NCBI GenBank assembly: GCA_964252035.1 | Contig: OZ176212.1 | Direction: 5' to 3' (one strand) | From: Podarcis erhardii | Lineage: Eukaryota | DNA: 64,000 bases | Shown: piece after piece, positions 23,383 to 33,747 of the stretch | How positions within the stretch are numbered: position 1 is the stretch's first letter | Layout: each line of letters opens with the position of its first letter | Translations under genes and position numbers: made by a program | Notes under the pieces: generated by a model | Seen by the model: only the letters and a program-made list of their open reading frames with translations | What the model was told of the DNA's origin: nothing | Database searches by the model: none

Positions 23383-24318
23383 TCATGCTAGGAGACTTCT
23401 AATTCTTTTTGGTATTTTCAATACAGCCTCTTGGATGTCTTTGTTCCTAAAGCTATAAATAATGGGATTCAGTAGTGGTGGCAAAACCGTATACAATACA
23501 GCAGAGAGCAAATCCATCGTTGTAGAAGAAAGTGCTTTAGGTCTCATGTATGAAAACAAATCTGTGCTAATAAATAAAGAAAAGACAGTCAGGTGGGGGA
23601 TGCAGGTAGAGAAAACTTTATATCTACCTTGAACAGAAGGGATTCTCAACACTGCAGAGAAGATGTAGCCATAGGAAACAAAGATGAACCCTCCACAAAA
23701 TGAAGCTACTGTAATCCCTATGGCAAAAATCAAAATTTGATTAACCTTTGTGTCAGTACAAGAAATCTTTAGCAACTGAGGGATATCACAGAAATACTGC
23801 CCAATAATATTGGACCCACAGAAATGTAGCCTGAAAGTGATAATGGTATGTAATGATGAATGGATTAGGTTACTTATCCAGGAAGCAGCTACCATTTGGA
23901 TGCAGGCATCCAAGTTCATGATCAGCTCATACTGTAAAGGATGGCAGATTGCAGCATAGCGATCATAAGCCATGATAGTGAGCAAGGCAAGCTCAGAACC
24001 TCCAAAAGTGAAAACGAAGAAAACCTGTGCAACACAGCCAGCAAAAGAAATCTTTTTGTAATCCAACAAAGAAGCAGCTATGGATTTGGGGATTGTGGTA
24101 GAGATGTAGCAAATGTCTGATAATGATAGGTTGACCAGAAAGAAGTACATAGGAGTGTGTAGCTTGTGGTTTAGGGCAACAGCAACGATGATGAGGAAAT
24201 TTCCCACTAAGGCTATTAAATAAATGGAGAGAAATATCACAAAGTAAAAAAATTGTTCTTCTGGGTCACTGGAAAACCCCATCAGAAGAAATTCTGTCAC
24301 TGTAGACTGGTTGGCCAT
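23383..24318 (-). CDS. Olfactory receptor, family-14-like (311 aa), type A1
   Basis: LHTPMYFFL, MAYDRYAAICHPL, STCIPHL, PPLLNPIIYSFRNK; intact ORF. Confidence 0.96.
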   Translation of the reverse strand: MANQSTVTEFLLMGFSSDPEEQFFYFVIFLSIYLIALVGNFLIIVAVALNHKLHTPMYFFLVNLSLSDICYISTTIPKSIAASLLDYKKISFAGCVAQVFFVFTFGGSELALLTIMAYDRYAAICHPLQYELIMNLDACIQMVAASWISNLIHSSLHTIITFRLHFCGSNIIGQYFCDIPQLLKISCTDTKVNQILIFAIGITVASFCGGFIFVSYGYIFSAVLRIPSVQGRYKVFSTCIPHLTVFSLFISTDLFSYMRPKALSSTTMDLLSAVLYTVLPPLLNPIIYSFRNKDIQEAVLKIPKRIRSLLA

Positions 24319-24887
24319 CTTAATTCTTTGAAATATTTCTTTTAAAAAGTTCTAGAAGAGTAGCTCTGTTATTTTGTTTTAGCAACACCAGCAGAAGGGT
24401 TGTGGCACCTAAGATTAGAAAGAGTTAATGAGAGTCTGTTGCTTGAGGGAATATGCAGGCAATCGTATGTGGGGTTTTCCCCCTATCTCAATATGATGTA
24501 ATGGCACCATTGATTCTCCCCAGTACTCATAGAATTTTAGAGTTGGAAGGGCACATAGAGAGCATCTCAGGAAAGACCCATCTTGGTTACATGTTGAATC
24601 AATAATGAGAAAGTAGAATCAACTGCTAGCTGTAGCTTATAAGAACAACCAGTGAAATATCATGTTGCTTTGATGAGAGCTGAGGGTTTAAACCCAATCT
24701 CCAGAATTTCGAAACACCACATTATTATCTTCTCTTACCTATAAATGTAATCTATTTTTATCATAGAATAATTATGTCTGCATTAATCTTACTGCTGTAT
24801 TAAACATTTTGAGGTCTTTTCAGAACTGAAATAGGACACCTTCCAAGCCCTAGTCTCCTCTGAGGTTGAACAAATGGGATGCTACTC

Positions 24888-25075
24888 ACCTCATCATTCT
24901 CTGGAAGGAGGAAATGTCTAGATGCTGGAGTGTAGTCCTTAGTAGAAGATATATATTTTGTGAGAAGGAGGAATAAATTGTGCTTCCCTGTTGTCTGTAG
25001 TGTTTCAGACAGTAGGTCCATGGAGAAGATCATTAAATTTCCATAGTGTTTCAGAGAATCACTCCTTGGAGAACC
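24888..25075 (-). promoter_or_regulatory. Candidate non-coding first exon and promoter of OR A1 (donor AG|GTGAGT plus O/E-like CTCCTTGGAG)
   Basis: Donor (24890|24889) and the palindromic site (25062-25071) are conserved in paralogous blocks 43467/43594 and 48409/48537. A matching acceptor ctttctaat.ttag lies ~90 nt upstream of the ATG. Confidence 0.5.
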
Positions 25076-25411
25076 TCACCATAATGATTTGCAGGTCCTG
25101 ATTTACACAAGGAGTGCAATTGTCTTTATCATAATAAAGTATTGTATATATTGTGGCGGTTAGAGTGTTGAACTTGATTAACCTATGTATCACTGCAAAA
25201 AATCTCTTTTAACTGAGGAAGGTCACAAAAATATTGTCCTATGACTTCAATCCCACAAAAATTTAGCATGAAACTAAAACTGGATTGAATATCCAGGAAG
25301 CAATTAACATTTGAGCCAGACACTCTGATTAATTTTCCATCTGGGAGGGCATCCATAGCTTCTTCACTACTGCCTAAAATATGTCATATTTTGTATATTT
25401 GCACCGTGAAA

Positions 25412-26040
25412 TGTTGATTATCAAACAAGCCAGCTGACAAGGAGGAATAATCAATCTCGCTCAGATCAAATGATCAAAGAACACAACGGTGCAAGTTAGC
25501 AGCACTGTTTGATACTGAGGGATAGTAATCCTATTACTAGAGCAATGCTGCATAAAGTGCCAGTCATGCTCTAGATTGATTCAGTGATGTGCCATCATGG
25601 GGAAAGTCCAGGAAGAAAAGGATAATAAGTGTATTGTAATGTCTCATTCTCACATTGTATAATGTTGCGGGTCACCTTTAATTACTTAATTGATGTATGA
25701 GTATGGGAACTATTTAAATGTCTCCTCCCTCTCTCTGCTCTGCTGTGCTCATCTGCTGAGGAAGATGGATGTGAGAGTCATCTTGTTATTTTGTTATTTG
25801 CTTTATAAATAAAACCTTTGATGTTACTATTCTAACCACAGTTGTTTCTGCTGCATTCTGCTGTAAAGGACTGAGTTCTCTATCTGCAAATGGGCATTTA
25901 ATGCTCACAATGGTTATGGGCCGAGACTGTTTCCCTGGACTGTGTGCAAACTGTGTTGAACTGTCCTCAGAGTGTGTTCTGGACTGTGCCAGATTGTTGT
26001 GTGATTCCTGGCAAGAACTGTTTCAGCTGGAGGACAATGG
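25412..26040 (+). mobile_element. Copia-type 5' LTR, PBS and short leader (truncated)
   Basis: TGTTGA start, AATAAA at ~25807, end ...CTCACA (25909), then GGTTATGGGCCGAG (25912-25925), which resembles the Copia internal-tRNAiMet PBS GGTTATGGGCCCAG. Left boundary inferred. Confidence 0.65.
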
Positions 26041-26045
26041 AATGT

Positions 26046-26300
26046 AAATCGGGTCCTCCCTTAAAGAGGGTATGCGTTGCGGTGGGACCTGGCAACCTAA
26101 CCCTGTGACGTGGGTGGGTATGTTTAGATAGCCACAACATCTGATTGGTAGGTCCCTTGATGCAGGGTTCAATCAGGCCAATGGGATGCAGGCTAAACGG
26201 ATCAAGGGACCTATATATACCTATGCACATGACCCAGAGCTTCCTCTTTTGGTGCGTGCATCAGAACACCAGCAACGTGTCCGCTGCAAGCCGAGAGAGA
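26046..26300 (+). mobile_element. Ngaro-type A-repeat fragment (hairpin, CCAAT, TATA)
   Basis: tcctcccttaaagaggg-tatgcgttgcggtggg aligns with the start of 38977; cttcctcttttggtgcgtgca aligns with 39164-39184. Confidence 0.55.
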
Positions 26301-28071
26301 GCATGATCTACTTTGATTATCTGCTTGTTGAATCTGTTTCTTTTTATTCCCCTCCCCCCAGTTTCTCCTTTACTCATTATTCCCTTGATTTAATCTTCCG
26401 TACTTGCCTTGCCTTTCCCTTTTCCCCTTGGGAGGCTTTCTGCCTCATGGGGCTTTGGCCCCTTGACCTCTGAGCTTGCTGCTGCCTCTGTTCAGCCAGA
26501 TAGCTTCACTCATTCCCTGGCTGTGGCTGCAGCGTTGGTGCTTAGAAATTCAAGTTGATTTCATTTTTAGTGCAGAGTCCCCTCTTTGAGCGGTTGTCTT
26601 TCATTCTGCTTACGGTCTGTGGGGAATTGCTCTGGGCTGGAAACCTGCCCCCTCACAAAGTAACCCGACTGCCATTTTGTATCTTCTTCTTGTAGGGGTA
26701 CCAGGTCTTTTGGCGGGAGTGCCAGCTTGTTTTGGCAGGAGCGCCATCTTAATTGTGTGGATCAATTTTGCTTTGTTCTGTAACAATACTGAAAAAAGTA
26801 TCCATCATGCTGTCCATTGCCTTGGTGAGGAATGGATGCAATTCTGTCAGCAGGGAATAGCCCAGAAAGCAAAGCACACAGAGGAAGATGGATGGGCTGG
26901 GAGGAGGAGGATGATGAATGGCCTTCATCCTAGCCAGTTCACTTCTGCCCCAGTTCCTCCTCAATGTATGTGAAAAGAGGGAAATGGGGGATTTGCCATC
27001 ACACTCTTAAAAAAGACTCAAGGTAAAGCAGTTATGGGTAAATGGTTAATATGATTTAGGAACTTTAATAAGCTAATGGTTATCACAGTCTATTTATTTA
27101 TACAACTCAAAGGTGCACAATGTATGAAGGGAGAAAGATGGTGTCACATTCTCAAAGGTCAAGAAGAATCCAAAGCAGACACATATCATGAAAATATCAA
27201 TATAATACATCAGAATATACCGTCAGTTCAGAGATTTGTTTCGTCTCCTTGTAAAATCTTCTTGGAATCGTTGCTCTGGGGAAGTTTCTGTTATGTTGTG
27301 TGGGTTTAGTTATGAAACCATAAGCCATAGATTTTCCCTTTGAATTTCATTCATTTATGGTACAGGATGCCCAGTGAAGTACAGTGTTCTGCTTGAGGAA
27401 TTTATTTTTCCATTGATTGTAAATGGCGGCCAATAAAGCTGCTGGAGCTGAAAGAAGAGCTGATATGGAATTAAAAACCGAATTGTCTTTTGCTGTGTAG
27501 TTTTTCATTTTGTTTTGCTAAATCAAATATTCTGTATCACATCTACATTTTTCTGCATTTTCCAATAAACCTTGTTCGAGTGTTAATTCATGGTGCATGT
27601 ATGTGGTTGGGTGGAGGAGTGCAAACCAGAGATGCTTCTGTTGCATCTTATCCCACCTCAACAATACATGAATTGTTTAAAAATCAATCCCTCTCCCCAG
27701 GTAATGCTGGTAATTGTAACTCTCCTGGGAGAATAGACTCCTAAAAACTCTTGTATTTTTGTTTAAATACAGAACCCCTGTTGAGTGTCTAAACTTCACC
27801 TAAAGAACATCAAGTTATTGCTCTAGAATTCTCTCACAGTTGTAACAGTGTCCCATAAATAAATAATTAATAGAACTTACACATATAAAATGTCTCACGA
27901 AATCTATGGAAATGACAAAAGAACCATTCAGTATGATGAATACTTAATATTGAGGAAGGTCCTATTTCAAAATATAAAGGGGTATATCTAAGTTTACATG
28001 GCAGACCTCAGATCCCCATTTAGTCTTTCCATCTTTAACATTTTTAAAAAAAAGAATTTGGAACTGATTAA

Positions 28072-29007
28072 TCATGCTACAAGCTGTTTTAATTTTCTGG
28101 GTATTTTCCAGACTGCCAGTTGGATGTCCTTGTTCCTGAGACTATAAATAATGGGATTAAGAACCGGTGGTAAAACTGTATATAATACAGCAGAAACCAA
28201 GTCTACTGTGGGGGAAGAAAGTGCTTTCGGTCTCATGTATGAAAACACAGCTGTGATGATGAATAAAGAAAAGACAGTCAGGTGAGGAGTACAGGTAGAA
28301 AAAGCTTTATATCTGCCTTGGACAGATGGGATCCTCAGCACAGCAGAAAATATGTAGCCATAGGAAGTAAAGATGAAGGTAAAAAAGAAAGAGTCCAGAA
28401 AAAAACCAAGGACAAGAATTAGAATTTGATTCACTTTTGTATCACTGCAAGAAATCTTTTGCAATTGAGGAATGTCACAAAAATATTGCCCAATCATATT
28501 GGTTCCACAGAAATTTAGTATGAAAGTAAAACTGGTTTCCAGTACAGCATGGATCAGGCTGCCTATCCAGCAAGTAGCTGCCAATTGGATACAGGCATCC
28601 TGATTCATGATTAAGGTATATTGCAGTGGACGACAGATTGCTACATAACGGTCATAAGCCATAACAGTGAGCAAGGCAAGCTCCCCACCAACAAATGTGA
28701 CCACTAAGAAGACCTGTGTCACACATCCAGCAAAAGAAATCATGTTGTTGTTTGTCACTGAAATGGCGATAGATTTGGGCACAGTGGTGGAGATGGAGCA
28801 CACATCAAACAATGACAGGTTGATCAAAAAGAAGTACATCGGGCTGTGAAGGTGGCGGTCTAGGGCCACAGCTGTGATGATGAGAGAATTTCCCACTAAA
28901 GCTGTTAAGTAAATGAAGAGAAACATTGCAGAATGCAAAATCTGCAAATCACGGGTTTCAGAAAACCCCATGAGATGGAACTCTGTTGGAGTAGATTGGT
29001 TAGCCAT
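28072..29007 (-). CDS. Olfactory receptor, family-14-like, type C1 (311 aa from MANQ; in-frame ATGs at 29016 and 29025)
   Basis: LHSPMYFFL, MAYDRYVAICRPL, KAFSTCTPHL, PPVLNPIIYSLRNK; splice acceptor tttgcag just upstream of 29025. Confidence 0.96.
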   Translation of the reverse strand: MANQSTPTEFHLMGFSETRDLQILHSAMFLFIYLTALVGNSLIITAVALDRHLHSPMYFFLINLSLFDVCSISTTVPKSIAISVTNNNMISFAGCVTQVFLVVTFVGGELALLTVMAYDRYVAICRPLQYTLIMNQDACIQLAATCWIGSLIHAVLETSFTFILNFCGTNMIGQYFCDIPQLQKISCSDTKVNQILILVLGFFLDSFFFTFIFTSYGYIFSAVLRIPSVQGRYKAFSTCTPHLTVFSLFIITAVFSYMRPKALSSPTVDLVSAVLYTVLPPVLNPIIYSLRNKDIQLAVWKIPRKLKQLVA

Positions 29008-31794
29008 TTCTCTCATTTCCGTCATTCTGCAAAAAGAAGTTAAATAGTTTTGAGTTAGTGGAGCTTATAAATTTTTGGAGTTTCTTTTTTTAAAAAAAGA
29101 TCATATAGTTATTGTTTTAGTTCACAACTACACATCTATCTAAATCAACAACCAAGTATGCACACTATCAATTGTTGATGCATTCTTTCATCCTGATATG
29201 ACATGAAGCCTAATGGGGATAGTATGTTCACTCACATATTTTCAGCTAATATGATTTATCCACCCTCAAAGGGGAAAAGGCAACAGAGACTGGGGGCATA
29301 CATATACTTTTTAAGCCATGTACCACATGATGTAAATATTGCAGTTTTTACAGAAATCTTCCATTTTGCCATCAAATGTACATAAACCATTTTATGAAGC
29401 ATGTAACATTTGTGTGTGTTGGAGAGATATCACATGCAAGTGTATGTGTTTTGAAAGGTGCTCTCCATTTTTTTCAATTGAACAACAGCATAGCAATTCA
29501 CATATTACCTAAGAGCAATGAAGAATCAGCCTGAATGAATCAAGTTCCGGGAATGAAGACTGATTGCCAGAATACTGAAACAGCAAAGATTTCAACAACC
29601 TGCATGTAGAATTGAAAAAAAAACAACCCAAAACATTATTTTATTTATTTCTAGAAACATGGCCCATGGAAACACGAAAAGACTCAATGTGCAGGCAGAA
29701 TCATATTAAGTTCTACCCTATTAAAAAAATACAAGAAGAGAAGGGATGGACTTCCTTTAATTCCATTTGAATAAGTAATTTCTATTCTAGTGATTGTATT
29801 AACATATATTATAATTCATTTCATTTTTTAAAAAATGGAAAAGATAACCCAGATGAGGGCATCTCCCAATTAATTTGTGTTAAATACAAATCTAATGAGC
29901 TGAGAAGATGAAGACTGCACACTGAATCATTAAAAGCTTCCTATTGTCAGAAAAGCCATAGAATCCCAGAGTATCTGCCTAATATCATTGTTGCTGTGAA
30001 CAAGAGCACTTAACTCAATCCACTGTCACATTTTTTGGGAAGTAAATGTGAGTTGTCCATATTCCAGGTGGAATATTTCTCTGTGCAGTTTCCCCAAGGT
30101 TTCTGTTGCCTTCTCCTACAGATAAAAGGAATGATTTTTTAAAACAAAAACACAAGAAGTCCATTTTATGATATTATGCTAATCTCAGCATTAAACCAAC
30201 TACTGGATGAGTCATTTCACAATCTTTTCAGAATTGAAATCTTGAGCATCCTTGAATCCCTTCTCTGAGATGATCAATAAGGATTATACTTACCACTGTT
30301 TCTCTCAGAAGATTAGAGTGCCAATGTGCTTGACGTTGATATTTATTTGAAGGTACATGGGTTGCAAGGAGGAGGTGATGTCATTCTCCTTTCCTGTGCT
30401 ATTTCAGGGTCTCTTTTGGGAGAACATACCAGTCCCATGATACTGTGCAAAACAAATGTTGTCGATTTCCCTAGTAGTTCTTTTAATATTCATAAGAATA
30501 TAAGAGCCTGCTGGATCAATCCAGAAAGTGATGGACACAAAGGGAGCTGAGGAGGAGATAGATTCAACCTAGCCAGTTCAGTTCTGCCCCAGTTGCTCCT
30601 CAATATATATGAAAAGCAAGACGATGAGGAGAAGAGTGAGATCGCATCAGAGTATTTCTACCCAATCCTTGTATGCTAAGGTTTTCTCATTCATTAATTT
30701 CTGCCACCGAAATGTAAATAATGTATAAATGAAAAGAAGTGGCAATGTTTCATGGACAACAGAAATCCAAAACACACACACCAGTATAATATCAGCAAAC
30801 TGCATTCCCCAGATTTAATTGTTCTCAGATATGCAAACAAAGATGCCATTGCAAAATCTCTTGAGAATCTTTGCTCCAGAGAAATTTATGCTTTCCCATT
30901 TTGGTGCCATTTGAATTAATTCATGTTTGCTGAAGGACGCCCAGTAAGGCACAATATTTTACTCCTAGAATTTATTTGGCCCTTCTGTTTTTTCATGGAT
31001 TTTAAACTGTAGCAAAGAAAACAGCAGGAACTAAACGAAAGACGAAAACGACTCCAAAAATTAATTGACTTCTAGTTTGCAATGATACTTTTTCATTTTT
31101 TTTTCTTGTAGTGCATACCTACATTTTGTATAATATCTTAACTATTTTTATTGTCCTCTACCCCCACCTCATCCGTTTGCAAAACTGGCAAATTCTTTCT
31201 GATCATGAACTACTTTGAACTTCCATTAGTGTTCAGCTGAAGGAGCTTAGGTTCCCCTTCATATGAAGTGTGCTCTTCCATCATGTGCATTAGAGCTTAC
31301 ATTTGAAGGTTGGGGAACTGGGTGCACCCAATGGCAGTAACAGACGTTATGGTAGTCCTGTGGCTCTCAATTGACCTCCACTCAATTGCATCAGTGCTGC
31401 TTAGCAGGAATTAAGAAGCCTGCACCTGAACAGCTTTCTTTAGTTGTGTCTGTCTGTTCCCTTCTCTCACAGCCAAAGTGATAATAATTTAAATTAAAAG
31501 ATCAGGTGACTGACAGGTACATGGCCTGCTCAAACTTAGACATCAGCCAGTAGCGGACAGCATAATGGGGTGGCATGTTCTCTCCCTCCTGGTTGGTCAT
31601 TCAGGAGATTCAAAATCTTTCTCCAGCCCAAATATCACACAACTGATACTGATTCATCAGCACACATCAGCAGAGTATAGGCAGTCAGTGTTCAGACTCA
31701 GTAGCACAGCAATTTGGCTAAACTACGTTTATTTACATATACACACTTGGAGCATCATAACTCAGCTCCTTCCTCTTCAGCAGAAACTAACAGT

Positions 31795-31970
31795 TAGACA
31801 GTAAAATTATTGTTGAATTGCTGTTTTAGCGGTTGTTTTTCATCGTCTGGAACGGACTAATCCATTTCCCATTACTTTCTATGGGAAAGCAAGCCTTGCT
31901 TTAAGTACGCTTAGGTTTAAGAATGGACATCCGGAATGGATTAAGTTCATAAACCAAGGTACCACGGTAT
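31795..31970. mobile_element. Tigger-like MITE, one end only
   Basis: Ends ...ttaagttcataaaccaaggtaccacgg|ta, like the right TIR of 62079-62303. Confidence 0.6.
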
Positions 31971-32811
31971 TAAGATATAACCAAAAAAAGCAGGGAAATT
32001 ATTATGCAACAAACCAGAAGAGGAAGTTGAGTGAAGTCACAGGGGGAGGGGGGTATTTGGGTTTGTCTTTATATTTGAGATTATGTTACTGTGATGAAGA
32101 TAAAAATGTTAAAATCAATAAAAACTAATAAAAAAAGAATTTGTAATGTAAATTGTGTATCACATCTATTTCAATTCATTCCACCAACACGCTTATGGGT
32201 TTTTGTTTTTGTTTACCCTAAGCCATGTCCAAGAATCCACTCCCCATGCATATATACCAGATGTAGAATCACAGATCCTTCTCTTCCCTCCACTCCCACC
32301 TTGGCATTACCAAAGTGCTTTAACATTCAACCCCCTCCCCCGGAAATCTGAATATTGCAGCTTTGTAGGGGTAACAGTTTTCACCCAACAACTATTTATT
32401 ATTTATATTCTTAATCTACAGCACCCTCTATCAAACATTCACTACGTTTAACGAGAAACCAGACTAGCATATCTTAAAGCAAATACCAATCCTTCAATTT
32501 TAAGAGAGTCAGATTTGTAAGTAACAACACAAAAACATAATTCTTTCAAAAATGTCTACATAAGATACAATCAAGATAGTTCTCTACAACACTGTAGCAG
32601 CAGCAATAATGGCTCATAACTGAAGAAATAATAAGATCAACATTCTCTGTCACTAAATTTGTGAAAATGGCAAGGAGCCTTTTAATATGATAAATAGTTA
32701 ATATTATGAAATCCTCTATTTCAAAGGTGAAGAAATACAGTTAGTTTCCTAAATTCAACCTCAGATATACATTAAGTGTTTCCATTTTTCCAAAAATCTG
32801 GAAGTGATGAA

Positions 32812-33747
32812 TCATGCAATAAGATGTTTCAGTTTTGTGGGTATTTTCCAGACTGCCAGTTGGATGTCCTTGTTCCTGAGGCTATAAATAATGGGATTAA
32901 GAACTGGTGGCAAAACTGTATATAATACAGCAGAAACCAAGTCCACAGTGGGGGAAGAAAGTGCTTTTGGCCTCATGTATGAAAACACAGCTGTGATGAC
33001 GAATAAAGAAAAAACAGTCAGGTGAGGAGTACAGGTAGAAAAAGCTTTATATCTGCCTTGGACTGATGGGATCCTCAGCACAGCAGAGAAGATATAGCCA
33101 TAGGAAGCAAAGATAAATGCAAAACAAAAAGAGTCAATAAAAAACCCAAGGACAAGAATTAGAATTTGATTCACATTTGTATCACTGCAAGAAATCTTTT
33201 GCAATTGAGGAATGTCACAAAAATATTGTCCAATGATATTGGTCCCACAGAAATTTAGCATGAAAGTAAAACTGGTTTCCAATACTGCATGAATCAGGTT
33301 GCTTATCCAGGAAGCAGCTACCATTTGCATGCAGGCATCCCAATTCATGATTAAGGTATATTGTAGTGGGTGACAGATGGCTACAAAACGGTCATAAGCC
33401 ATAACAGTGAGCAAAGCAAGCTCCCCACCAACAAATGTGACCACTAAGAAGACCTGTGTCACACATCCAGCAAAAGAAATTATGTTGTTGTTTGTCAATG
33501 AAATGGTGATGGATTTGGGCACAGTGGTGGAGATGGAGCACACATCAAACAATGACAGGTTGATCAAAAAGAAGTACATCGGGCTGTGAAGGTGGCGGTC
33601 TAGGGCCACAGCTGTGATGATGAGAGAATTTCCTACTAAGGCTGTTAAGTAAATGAAGAGAAATATTGCAGAATGCAAAATCTGCATATCACGAGTTTCA
33701 GAAAACCCCATGAGATGGAACTCTGTTGGAGTAGCTTGGTTAGCCAT
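32812..33747 (-). CDS. Olfactory receptor, family-14-like, type C2 (311 aa from MANQ; upstream ATG at 33756)
   Basis: Same motifs as C1 (MAYDRFVAICHPL); intact ORF. Confidence 0.96.
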   Translation of the reverse strand: MANQATPTEFHLMGFSETRDMQILHSAIFLFIYLTALVGNSLIITAVALDRHLHSPMYFFLINLSLFDVCSISTTVPKSITISLTNNNIISFAGCVTQVFLVVTFVGGELALLTVMAYDRFVAICHPLQYTLIMNWDACMQMVAASWISNLIHAVLETSFTFMLNFCGTNIIGQYFCDIPQLQKISCSDTNVNQILILVLGFFIDSFCFAFIFASYGYIFSAVLRIPSVQGRYKAFSTCTPHLTVFSLFVITAVFSYMRPKALSSPTVDLVSAVLYTVLPPVLNPIIYSLRNKDIQLAVWKIPTKLKHLIA

